This document shows positions 34,116-42,998 of a stretch of 64,000 bases of DNA, in pieces; within the stretch, counting starts at the first letter, position 1; each line of letters begins with the position of its first letter. The stretch comes from a virus. The notes below the pieces were generated by a model, which did no database searches, was not told where the DNA came from, and worked only from the letters and a program-made list of their open reading frames with translations. Made by a program: the position numbers and the translations under genes. The DNA is taken from IMG/VR virus record IMGVR_UViG_3300030060_005952, positions 1 to 64,000 of that record; one strand, written 5' to 3'.

Positions 34116-35626
34116 CATTTCAGTATTCTTGGGACTTTCTCAAAGCCAAGAAAAAGAAGAAGAAATCAAAAACTGGTACGAAATACGTTAGACTGCAAGG
34201 CGGTGGTCGTGGTGGAGCAAAACTTCAATCATTAAGCAAGTATATCACTGATGTGGCTAAGAACAAATATCTACGGGAAGAAGCTCCAAATTTGGGTCCT
34301 GAAATTTTCAAAAAGCCCACAGAAGTACCACCACTCAAGGATGGACTTGATAGGTCCAAACCCAAAAATCAAATAATGATTGATAGACATTCACAAGCTA
34401 CCAATGAATACGAAAGAAAAATGAAAAACTATCGACATTTCTGGGACAAAGTAAATGAAATTAAAAGTGAATTAAACAGTTATTATTATAAAAATGGTCA
34501 TGATGCATTCATGAGGAAATATAAGGATTATGCAAAGCCAGCTTCTGAAGTAGGAAAACTAACTGGTGCAGAGTCAAGAGCTGCTAAAACTGGTAGAATG
34601 GATGCTTTGGATAATCAATTGACTTCAGAGCAAATGGAAGCTGAGAAACCAGTAGACCCTATTGAATATTTGAAAAACAGATTGGCTTCTAAGACGCCTG
34701 AGAGTGAAAGTGATGTCAATTCTTTGATGACGGGTTTGTTGAGTCAAATGGGCCCCGATGCTTTATCCGACTCTGAGCAAAAAGAATTAAGAAATGTTTT
34801 AACACAAAAGTATAACATACAACCAGAATCTATGGCTGATAAACTAAAGCGTGAGTTGAACGTGCAGCGTAGACAACCAGAATCCAGAACTTCCAAAGAG
34901 GAAATGATGGCCGATTTGGATAAATTGCCTGAAGACATAGACTTTCAAACAGGCTCAAAAGCCCTCCTAGAAGGTTTTCAACCACAAGGAATGCAGGACA
35001 TTAACAAAAAGGCTCACTCTTTACTAAGTCTTATGAATCCCGAAGAAAGAACTGACGATTCTTGGGGTAAGATAAGAAATGCTCTTGCACAAAAATATGG
35101 CTTCGATGTCCCCGAAGCATCTCCAGCGGCTAATATAGCAGCTGCTAATCTAGCGAGAAATCCAATTCTACCAAAACCATCAGAGGAAAAGCCACCAGTG
35201 ATGCCACCACAAGGTCAAATGACACTAGACCAATTTGGGAAACCACCCACGAGAAAACCACCAGTGAGGGTTTCCAGACCTGTTCAAGAGAAAGTAAAGG
35301 AGCCCGCACAATTAGCACAAGAACAATCTGACAGACGTTTCGATGAGAGACAGGCAAAGACAGAACAATTCTTTGCACCTGAACCAACACCTGCACCGAG
35401 CGATGAACTTACTGATGAGCAAAGGGCAAAAATAGCACAAGCTTACCCTGATGTGAAACCATTACAACCAGACATGCCTGACATATTTGATGCAGGTGGT
35501 AACCTTTCCCAGACAATGCCTGAGCCCAGTCCTTCATCTCAAGGAGCTGGTTCATCTGAAGTAATAGGTAATTTATTCGACCAGATGATGGATAACTTTA
35601 GACGAGAACAAGGAGCTGGTCAATAA
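34112..35626 (+). CDS. AW-LK-type leader protein with PIP box, inserted in the neck region
   Basis: MTFQYSWDFLKA; GQMTLDQF; more AT-rich than its neighbours. Confidence 0.75.
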   Translation: MTFQYSWDFLKAKKKKKKSKTGTKYVRLQGGGRGGAKLQSLSKYITDVAKNKYLREEAPNLGPEIFKKPTEVPPLKDGLDRSKPKNQIMIDRHSQATNEYERKMKNYRHFWDKVNEIKSELNSYYYKNGHDAFMRKYKDYAKPASEVGKLTGAESRAAKTGRMDALDNQLTSEQMEAEKPVDPIEYLKNRLASKTPESESDVNSLMTGLLSQMGPDALSDSEQKELRNVLTQKYNIQPESMADKLKRELNVQRRQPESRTSKEEMMADLDKLPEDIDFQTGSKALLEGFQPQGMQDINKKAHSLLSLMNPEERTDDSWGKIRNALAQKYGFDVPEASPAANIAAANLARNPILPKPSEEKPPVMPPQGQMTLDQFGKPPTRKPPVRVSRPVQEKVKEPAQLAQEQSDRRFDERQAKTEQFFAPEPTPAPSDELTDEQRAKIAQAYPDVKPLQPDMPDIFDAGGNLSQTMPEPSPSSQGAGSSEVIGNLFDQMMDNFRREQGAGQ

Positions 35627-37191
35627 TGCCACAGGTTTTCAGTCCGGGCGAGGCAGAAACAAGACCCCTCGACCCAGATGCGATAGTTTACACCACAGCT
35701 CAAAAAGTAGCCGATTTGCTTGAGATAGGGCCACAAGAGGCAGTAGCGGTATCTAATGACTCAGACTCAGATGGCGTCTATGTCACGGGTGCTGACTTCC
35801 GTAACATAGGATTCTCAGTAGATGATACAATACTCATATACAGTGACGCTGACCCTCTTGGTATAGAGAGGACAATTTCCTCAATTACTACCTCAGTCAA
35901 TGGTGTCAATCTTAATTTCTCAACCACTATAACAGCCGCTGATTATCAATCCGCTGACAATACATATGTGCAAAATCTAGCTTCTTTCACAAATGGCAGG
36001 ACTAGAGGAGTGAAGAGGTCCAAAGTAGAGGAGCTAATCAAGAGGTCCCAAGACAGAATAGATAACATGACACACAACTCTTGGAGGCCAAATCTCGTTA
36101 CTGCTGAGTACATTAATTTCGATACCTACAAACCATACAGGCGTAGGTATTACACGGATTACGTGGGTACTACGCCTCTACTTTTTAGAAACGTACAACA
36201 GATGCTCAGAATAGAGCTTTGGCAAGGCGATGACTACAGAGAGATAGGGGCTTCTGAAGCTAGAATAAAGATACCAAAAGCAGTTAGAGACATATCTGGC
36301 TCAATAGTATTGTCTCCCGGTAACGGCTCTGCAGCGGTGCTTACAGCGGGCACTTCCACTAGTCAATGGAGAGCCGATTTCGACTTCATAACCACAGCAC
36401 AGAACCTAGCTGATTTGATTAACAAGGAAGACAGAGTCAGCAAAGCAGCAGTGGATTTCAGTCCAGCATTCACCTTAGAGGGAAGCACATCCAACGTAGC
36501 TGTGAATAACGAGTTCCTAGCCACAGCCAATTCCGATTATGGTAGTGGTCAAGTAAAAATCACCAGTATGAGGTCAACACAAGCTGGTGAATCATGTAGT
36601 TTAGTCTCAACGGATAGCAATGTTACAATAGAGCAGACAGCAATAAAAACAGCAACTTTCAGTGGTCTTCTTAGCACCACTATAACTGTGGATAGCACCA
36701 ATGGTTTCGTTGATGCAGGTGTGGTTGTTGATTCTAGTGGTGATGTTTTCCGTTACACTGGAAAGACGGACACTACTTTCACTGGGTGCGTGATAGTGGT
36801 CGGGTCGGCTCTATCAGACATAGCGGGCACTCTAACACAGCACATCATGCAAGTGGACTTGCAGGGTGGAAGCGCCAGTGGAGACAGGGGTAGACTCAGA
36901 GACTACTGGTTGGACCACGAGATGGGAATCGTCTACTTCAATAATTCATATCCTTTCTTTGAGTGGAACGCTGTCAAGGTTTCCTACGTTTATGGTGAGA
37001 GATATCTTGAGAAGGCTATCGAAGACATTTGTACAAAGATGGTTGCCATCGATATACTGATGAGTGACGATAGAAGTGTGTTGATACCAGAAGGCACTCA
37101 GAACGTCGATTTGACATCAAAAATACAGCTCTATAGGCAGGATATCGATAGAATGCTCCCTCGATATGTCGAGGTGGTAGCCTTTGAGTGA
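35626..37191 (+). CDS. head-tail adaptor (gp6/gp15-like) with large internal insertions
   Basis: YTTAQKVADLL...IKRSQDRIDNMT N-part; VKVSYVYG...IEDICTKMVA C-part. Confidence 0.7.
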   Translation: MPQVFSPGEAETRPLDPDAIVYTTAQKVADLLEIGPQEAVAVSNDSDSDGVYVTGADFRNIGFSVDDTILIYSDADPLGIERTISSITTSVNGVNLNFSTTITAADYQSADNTYVQNLASFTNGRTRGVKRSKVEELIKRSQDRIDNMTHNSWRPNLVTAEYINFDTYKPYRRRYYTDYVGTTPLLFRNVQQMLRIELWQGDDYREIGASEARIKIPKAVRDISGSIVLSPGNGSAAVLTAGTSTSQWRADFDFITTAQNLADLINKEDRVSKAAVDFSPAFTLEGSTSNVAVNNEFLATANSDYGSGQVKITSMRSTQAGESCSLVSTDSNVTIEQTAIKTATFSGLLSTTITVDSTNGFVDAGVVVDSSGDVFRYTGKTDTTFTGCVIVVGSALSDIAGTLTQHIMQVDLQGGSASGDRGRLRDYWLDHEMGIVYFNNSYPFFEWNAVKVSYVYGERYLEKAIEDICTKMVAIDILMSDDRSVLIPEGTQNVDLTSKIQLYRQDIDRMLPRYVEVVAFE

Positions 37192-37561
37192 TAGGGACTT
37201 CGCAAGAGTAACTATAGATTCTCTTCATGAAGAGTTGGACAGTGCTTTCAAGAACAATGACATCCAAGAAGAAATCAGTCAGGTTGTACTTTACAACGAT
37301 GATGATGTCACTAAAGGGTATAGGGAGATGGTGTTAAGACAAGAGTTGGGAGTATATGCCTACAAAGAAACCGATGATGGTTTTTTCACATCGATGAATA
37401 ATCCTGTTTCGGAAGAAGAGATGAACAAAGTGCTTGACAATGTAGACAAGAGAATGAAGACAGAATCCCCAGTTCTCTTTGAGAATATGATGCACAATGT
37501 TGCTGGTAAGATACTACCAGATAAGGATAAGATAACTAGAAAATCTAGGAGGGAGATGTAA
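37184..37561 (+). CDS. hypothetical neck-region protein
   Basis: 125 aa, coupled to both neighbours. Confidence 0.65.
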   Translation: MSDRDFARVTIDSLHEELDSAFKNNDIQEEISQVVLYNDDDVTKGYREMVLRQELGVYAYKETDDGFFTSMNNPVSEEEMNKVLDNVDKRMKTESPVLFENMMHNVAGKILPDKDKITRKSRREM

Positions 37562-38010
37562 TGGTAGCTACCTTCAAAGAAGCAATCGACGTTGTAGTTG
37601 ATTTGCTCTCAGGTTCTTGGAATCGTGGCAACACTGACAATATCAAACCGATAGTCGTAGACATAGCTAGTACCGATGCGGAAAGAGGCAAGAGGTTGGA
37701 TTTGAACAAATCGGACTTCGTATTGGTTTTTGAAACTGCACACAACGAAGAACTGCCTGAGTTGCTTTTTGATTTCGTCACTACTAGGATAAACATAACA
37801 GTCGATGCTAGGACAACGCACAGTCGTGAGAGACTTAAGAAAATTGAGAACGAAATAAGAAGATTAGTTCATACAAAGAGAAAAGGCGACGGCACAAACT
37901 TCGACAGACTCGTTTACAAAACCCGCACGGATTTGTCTGATAGGAGTAAAAAACTGTTCAGAATGACCTTCCAGATAGAAGTGATTATCTTTGCGGAACT
38001 AATCCCATGA
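37561..38010 (+). CDS. putative tail terminator/completion protein
   Basis: size and position before the tail tube; ITVDART...EIRRL...FRMTFQIEV. Confidence 0.6.
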   Translation: MVATFKEAIDVVVDLLSGSWNRGNTDNIKPIVVDIASTDAERGKRLDLNKSDFVLVFETAHNEELPELLFDFVTTRINITVDARTTHSRERLKKIENEIRRLVHTKRKGDGTNFDRLVYKTRTDLSDRSKKLFRMTFQIEVIIFAELIP

Positions 38011-38011
38011 G

Positions 38012-40039
38012 GTGAGAGAGAGCATGCCGTCCACAGTGTATAAGGGTGACCTGACAGAAATATCGTTCGGGCACGAGTCTGGACTCACTCTGAAATCCGA
38101 TTATGATAATAATGGAAGCTTAGGTTCTGGTCTTCGTTTTCACTTTAAGATTCAGGCTGAAAGTGAAAGTGAAGATACTACCACCATAAGATTGCAGAAA
38201 GGAGCAACCGATACTCCAGTAGAGGGTGGTGTGATTGTCTACCCACTTGGGATGCTTGTCGGCTCAGAGCTTGTTTTCTCAGGTTTAGCGGGTAATTTCA
38301 ACTCAAGGGACAATTTTTCTGAGGACGGTAGAAGATACACGATAGTATCAGACGCTCGTGGCACAGATTACACCGATTTGAAAATCACACCTAAGATGCT
38401 GAGTGCCCAAGCTGATACTTGTACGACTGTGGATACCACTAACGGGACAATTCACATTATGCCATTCAAGACTCCTACTTTAGATGTGGATTCCGTTTAC
38501 GCAGCCAACGCTAATGCGTCGTCAGAATCAGTTCTTACTGACCAGTTTGCTGGTTTAATCAATACCATATCGTTACCTGAGACTAAAGTTGACCTCAAGA
38601 GAATGCATGTGGTCGGCTTGGGTAGGGACGTAGCAGTGCAAGTGCCCGGTAGATTCACCAACGTAGGCGGGGCTTTTGAAACTGCTATGCACAATGCTAG
38701 GTGGCTCTACTACGCTTTAGGACAAGAGGCAGTTCGTCTTGATGACCCACCGCCTACTACAACTTACAGTATAGCTGGTGCGGTAAATGTCGGTGCTAAT
38801 TTCATTCAATACGGTGGAAGCACTAGCGCTCCAACACTTCCTAGTGGTGACACTGTTGCCGCTGGAGATTATGTCTTCATAAACGACACTGATACAGTAG
38901 CCCTACATCTACACAAGGATGTCGGCTCAAGCCCTGTGACATATGGTTCTTCAACTAGTATTGGACCGGAGGACTTAGTAACACAAGCTAGGAAATACGA
39001 AGTGAGGAGAATAGCGGCAATAAGGCACAATGGCTCCACTGGAACGCACTACATATGGCTTGACGGTCCCTTGGATTTCTCGCATGCAGACAATACGACA
39101 ATAGGATTCGCCGCATACGACAGCGCCACCACAAAAGCTCCTATAATGAGCACGGCAGAAAGCACCTATGGTACGATAGCTGACCCCGTAAACAGGGTTC
39201 TCTTCTCAAAATCAGAGGTTCCTTCCTTCGCTTTAGAGGTCAGTGTCAGGAGAAGGGACAATCAGGACGATGACGGTACTACTGGTGAGACTGTCGATGG
39301 TGGCGCTAGTGATGCCAAACAGCTTACTCGTGTCTTCCGTGGTTGTAAAGTCAAGGAGTTCTCAATGACTGCTGATACAGATGCTGCCGTCAAGCTCAAT
39401 CTTGGATTCGATGCGGCGCTTTGCTATACGGACACTGGTAGGCTTGAGAGTAGCAACAAGGGCGATAGATACAATCCGCACAGAATATTTGAGGATGTGG
39501 CCAATACTGAGCTAGCTAGGAGGATAGCTGGTATAGGCAAGAGAACCCAGAAGCCCTTCATGTTCTACAACGGTATCATACAACTCGGTGGTGTAACTCT
39601 TGGACAAGTAGTGTCCTTCGATTTGAAGGGCAAGACTGGAGTGGCACAGCATTACACCATATCTGGTAATAACATAGCCAATGCCGCCACGGACCAGATA
39701 CCGTTTGGTGGTGCTAGAAATGCTAGTCTAGCCATAGAGGGCAAGACTGAGTACGAACTAGATATGGAGATAATAGTCGATGACCCTACCCTGTATCATC
39801 AAATGAGAAGAGCGGTTGAGAGTTTTGATGACACCACTAAATTTGTTAGACTATCCTTTACTAAGCAAGGGGCTGAAGCCTCCTCTGGTAGAGAGAGCAT
39901 GGATATAGTGATGGATGACTACTTCATCACTGAGGCTCCTCTACCCATACCTGATGACAAGGGACCACTCCGTTCAAAACTCAAGATTATGCCAAAGACA
40001 CTGAGGGTCTTCACCCAAGACACAGTGTTTCACTACTAG
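38012..40039 (+). CDS. major tail (tube) protein with accessory domain insertions
   Basis: YKGDLTEISFGHE N-terminus, FRGCKVKEFSM, position before the chaperones. Confidence 0.75.
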   Translation: MRESMPSTVYKGDLTEISFGHESGLTLKSDYDNNGSLGSGLRFHFKIQAESESEDTTTIRLQKGATDTPVEGGVIVYPLGMLVGSELVFSGLAGNFNSRDNFSEDGRRYTIVSDARGTDYTDLKITPKMLSAQADTCTTVDTTNGTIHIMPFKTPTLDVDSVYAANANASSESVLTDQFAGLINTISLPETKVDLKRMHVVGLGRDVAVQVPGRFTNVGGAFETAMHNARWLYYALGQEAVRLDDPPPTTTYSIAGAVNVGANFIQYGGSTSAPTLPSGDTVAAGDYVFINDTDTVALHLHKDVGSSPVTYGSSTSIGPEDLVTQARKYEVRRIAAIRHNGSTGTHYIWLDGPLDFSHADNTTIGFAAYDSATTKAPIMSTAESTYGTIADPVNRVLFSKSEVPSFALEVSVRRRDNQDDDGTTGETVDGGASDAKQLTRVFRGCKVKEFSMTADTDAAVKLNLGFDAALCYTDTGRLESSNKGDRYNPHRIFEDVANTELARRIAGIGKRTQKPFMFYNGIIQLGGVTLGQVVSFDLKGKTGVAQHYTISGNNIANAATDQIPFGGARNASLAIEGKTEYELDMEIIVDDPTLYHQMRRAVESFDDTTKFVRLSFTKQGAEASSGRESMDIVMDDYFITEAPLPIPDDKGPLRSKLKIMPKTLRVFTQDTVFHY

Positions 40040-40047
40040 GAGGAAAC

Positions 40048-40713
40048 ATGTTACCAAGAGCTGGAACCAGAAAATGGAAGTTCCGAAAGCTAGGTGCATC
40101 GGGTTACGTTGATTGGTTAAACGAAATACTGGGTAGAAATGTCGTAATCGAAGGAAGAACATCAAGAAAACAGATTGATGCTCTAATGTTAGATTTGATA
40201 GAAACTCCACCTTGGGTAGAAGCTGCTTTAGACTCACTTAAGAAAAAAGAAGTTGTCGAAGAGAATGATGGTATCGAGCCCTCACTTCAAGACGAGGAAG
40301 AGGTTATTGAAGAGATACACGAGGAGATACAGGAGGAGGAGATTGAAGAAGCTTCTTTGGAGGTTGTTGAGGAAATAGCCCCTCCAGAGCCTGAGCCTGA
40401 GAAAGAAACAGTAGTTATCTCAGTCGAGCAACCATTCGTTGCTGTAAAAGATTACAATTCCATGACAGTACGTGAATTGCGCGAAGTGTGCAAGGAGCGT
40501 AACATCACCGTTAGAGGTACTAAGTCCGAGGTTGTCCTCAGACTCAACCGATACGATGATGGTATCATGGAAAACACCGCAACAGACGAAGCTGATGCCC
40601 CCTCGGAAGAGGCTGTAGATGCAGAGTCGGATGCCCCCTCGGAAGAGGCTGTAACCACAGGTGATGAAAATGCAGATAGCAGACAAGGAGATATTATTGA
40701 CGAAGAGGAATGA
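40048..40713 (+). CDS. acidic protein with SAP-like domain
   Basis: YNSMTVRELREVCKERNITVRGTKSEVVLRL. Confidence 0.75.
   Translation: MLPRAGTRKWKFRKLGASGYVDWLNEILGRNVVIEGRTSRKQIDALMLDLIETPPWVEAALDSLKKKEVVEENDGIEPSLQDEEEVIEEIHEEIQEEEIEEASLEVVEEIAPPEPEPEKETVVISVEQPFVAVKDYNSMTVRELREVCKERNITVRGTKSEVVLRLNRYDDGIMENTATDEADAPSEEAVDAESDAPSEEAVTTGDENADSRQGDIIDEEE
40594..40653 (+). repeat. 24-bp direct repeat (DAPSEEAV x2)
   Basis: GATGCCCCCTCGGAAGAGGCTGTA at 40594 and 40630. Confidence 0.9.
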
Positions 40714-41035
40714 ACAAAAACACGTATTGAGCGCCAGTCGGGACAATCCTGACTTGAAAATGGAGGTGTGGACTCGTGATGTTACATTCCTTGACATGCA
40801 GAACGCCGCTCAAACCATGTTTAAGATGGAGAATGACGGTACGGCTAGCTTGGATTTGGAAGGGTACTGGAGGTACGCTTTCAGGCACTGGGTATTGAGG
40901 ACCAACCCCTCAATGACACCAGATGAGTTAAGCGACGTAAATGCTTACATTGGTGAGCAATTATCTTCCATACTTCCCAAGCCCACTGAGCTGGCGGAGG
41001 CGATGCAAGGGGGTTTTACGAAAGCGAACAACTGA
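40661..41035 (+). CDS. tail assembly chaperone (lambda G-like)
   Basis: between the tail tube and the TMP-like gene; ends just after a slippery site. Confidence 0.75.
   Translation: MMKMQIADKEILLTKRNEQKHVLSASRDNPDLKMEVWTRDVTFLDMQNAAQTMFKMENDGTASLDLEGYWRYAFRHWVLRTNPSMTPDELSDVNAYIGEQLSSILPKPTELAEAMQGGFTKANN
41011..41017 (+). other. -1 programmed ribosomal frameshift heptamer G GGT TTT
   Basis: X XXY YYZ in phase; the -1 frame is open from 41017 (YESEQLRIQRYLEQKNYTGKDALVLQ...) to the stop at 41310. Confidence 0.85.
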
Positions 41036-41310
41036 GGATTCAGAGGTATCTGGAGCAGAAGAACTACACTGGTAAAGACGCATTGGTTCTTCAAAATCAG
41101 TTGTTCGCCTATTTCGTAGCGAAACATTATGGCATATCGATAGCAGAGGTTTTAGAAATGAGCATACCAGTCTTCCAGCAATCACTAACTTGGGCTCTTG
41201 CCATGCAGGACCGTGACAACAAAGAAAGAGCTAGACAAGCCTTGGAAAGCAAGACTGGTAACGAAACCATTACACTCGACTACTCCTTCCTAAACTCGGA
41301 GGAGTTCTGA
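41017..41310 (+). CDS. frameshifted C-terminal extension of tail chaperone (GT-like)
   Basis: in -1 frame relative to 40661..41035; includes track ORF 41083..41310 (VAKHYGISIAEVLEM). Confidence 0.75.
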   Translation, partial: YESEQLRIQRYLEQKNYTGKDALVLQNQLFAYFVAKHYGISIAEVLEMSIPVFQQSLTWALAMQDRDNKERARQALESKTGNETITLDYSFLNSEEF

Positions 41311-41879
41311 TGGTAGCGTTACTAACACTTAGAAACGCTCTTGTCGAAGTCAATAGATTGACTCAAACAGGCAATCTTGGAATCAGCGTCTTATCTGGTT
41401 TAGTCACTGGCATAGGTGGTGCATTTAGTGCTGCTTTCAGCATAGCCTCTGGTGCAGCTACCACTGCTTTTGATATCATAGCAGATTTGTATGACACACT
41501 CATAAAGCCAATAGTCGATACACTCTCAAATCTGAGCATACCGACTTTCAATCTAGTAAACCCATTTACCATTCTAAGAAACGAACTAGAAGATATCAAA
41601 ACTCTTATTGACAATATCAAGGACTTCAGCCTCACCGATGTAGTGACCAATTTAGCTCCAGACTCCATAGCCTCCCCTGTGAAGGCGATTACCGCTGCTG
41701 GTGGGGCATTTCAAACTGCATCCAATAATCCTAACTTTAGTTTTACCATAACGCAGAATTTGAGCGGTATAACAGACAAATTGGATAAGAGAAAACTAGC
41801 CGGAGAAATAGCTAACGAGATGTCGAAGCAATTCCAGAGAAGATTAGGCATTTTGCCGGGTAGCGGGGGTCTGTTCTGA
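41310..41879 (+). CDS. very short tape-measure-like protein
   Basis: canonical TMP position; amphipathic G/A/S-rich helices; C-terminal FTITQN...LAGEIANEM. Confidence 0.55.
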   Translation: MVALLTLRNALVEVNRLTQTGNLGISVLSGLVTGIGGAFSAAFSIASGAATTAFDIIADLYDTLIKPIVDTLSNLSIPTFNLVNPFTILRNELEDIKTLIDNIKDFSLTDVVTNLAPDSIASPVKAITAAGGAFQTASNNPNFSFTITQNLSGITDKLDKRKLAGEIANEMSKQFQRRLGILPGSGGLF

Positions 41880-42994
41880 TGGCCACTGGGACGCCAATCC
41901 GTTTGGTTCGTGAGGACGGCGGTTTGATATCCCTGAATGCCACTCAGATAGCACTGTCTACTGAAAGAGAATTTGGGCCGAACGCAATGCCCTTTGCTGG
42001 TAGTGAGCGCCTCGCTATAGACTTAAACATAAACAAAGCCATAATCAGAATAGATGGTTTCTTTTCTGATGATACTCAAGCTACAGGAGCAGCCGCTGCT
42101 GAAGCTAAGATAAATTTCAATGTCAATACGGCAAAACAAAGCTTCGTCTCTTCTAGTAATTTAGGCGCTTTTTTCTCACTTACAGACTCTCCTACCCTAG
42201 TCTTAAAATCAACAAGCGGGACGCTTTCTAGTATTGTTTTTACAGAGGACAATACTGCCACTACTGGTTATAATTCATCTACTAATGTTCTAAAAGTGAA
42301 TGTTGCTAGTACAACTGCATTGCAGTTAGCTAATGCTGTTAGTTCAGCAATAAACGACCAGCACTCCTCACTCTACACGGCCTCACTATACGACGCATTG
42401 GATAGGGATGGCAATTCTCAAACTAACTCAGGCGTCTTGATTAAGCAAGTATCTAATGGAAAAGCGGGAAATAACAAGTCCACTCCTAGCTTCTCCACAG
42501 GATATTTTTTCCTCCCACCACAAGTAGAGAAATTTTCGGGAGGCAGAGATGCTGAACAGAAATCAGCAGGGGACAAGGCTCAAGATTTGTATTCCATAGT
42601 CAATAACAGTAGCAGAACGCTTAGGAAAGTAGCTTTTGACCGCATACCTGATTTTTTTGAGCTTTTTGGAAGAAAAACATCATTCTTACCTGATTTTATA
42701 ACCGGCGGCTCCGGTAGTGATTACATAGTAGGCATACAAATTCCCTACAATAGCAAAATAGAAGCCGGTAACAATGAGTACACTGCCAAGAACTTCTTCA
42801 TGCCCACTGGTCTTTTTCATAATAAAAATGACAAGGACTCTACAAATGCAAAACCCGCAGGAGTTGAGTTCGATGAGTCAAATGACTTCACGGGCATTCA
42901 AGGAGGTATTTCATCTATGGACATAATATACGATGCTGGTGAGGCCATCTATAACTACACAATGACTTTCCTACCTGCTGATGCGATGCTGTGA
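41879..42994 (+). CDS. tail tip/distal tail (baseplate hub-like) protein
   Basis: position after TMP; C-terminal YDAGEAIYNYTMTF. Confidence 0.55.
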   Translation: MATGTPIRLVREDGGLISLNATQIALSTEREFGPNAMPFAGSERLAIDLNINKAIIRIDGFFSDDTQATGAAAAEAKINFNVNTAKQSFVSSSNLGAFFSLTDSPTLVLKSTSGTLSSIVFTEDNTATTGYNSSTNVLKVNVASTTALQLANAVSSAINDQHSSLYTASLYDALDRDGNSQTNSGVLIKQVSNGKAGNNKSTPSFSTGYFFLPPQVEKFSGGRDAEQKSAGDKAQDLYSIVNNSSRTLRKVAFDRIPDFFELFGRKTSFLPDFITGGSGSDYIVGIQIPYNSKIEAGNNEYTAKNFFMPTGLFHNKNDKDSTNAKPAGVEFDESNDFTGIQGGISSMDIIYDAGEAIYNYTMTFLPADAML

Positions 42995-42998
42995 TTTT

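Noticed and set aside
38012-40039. Contractile tail sheath
   Set aside because: The size fits, but the motifs and the position directly before the chaperone/TMP genes fit a tube protein with insertions, and no separate tube gene follows
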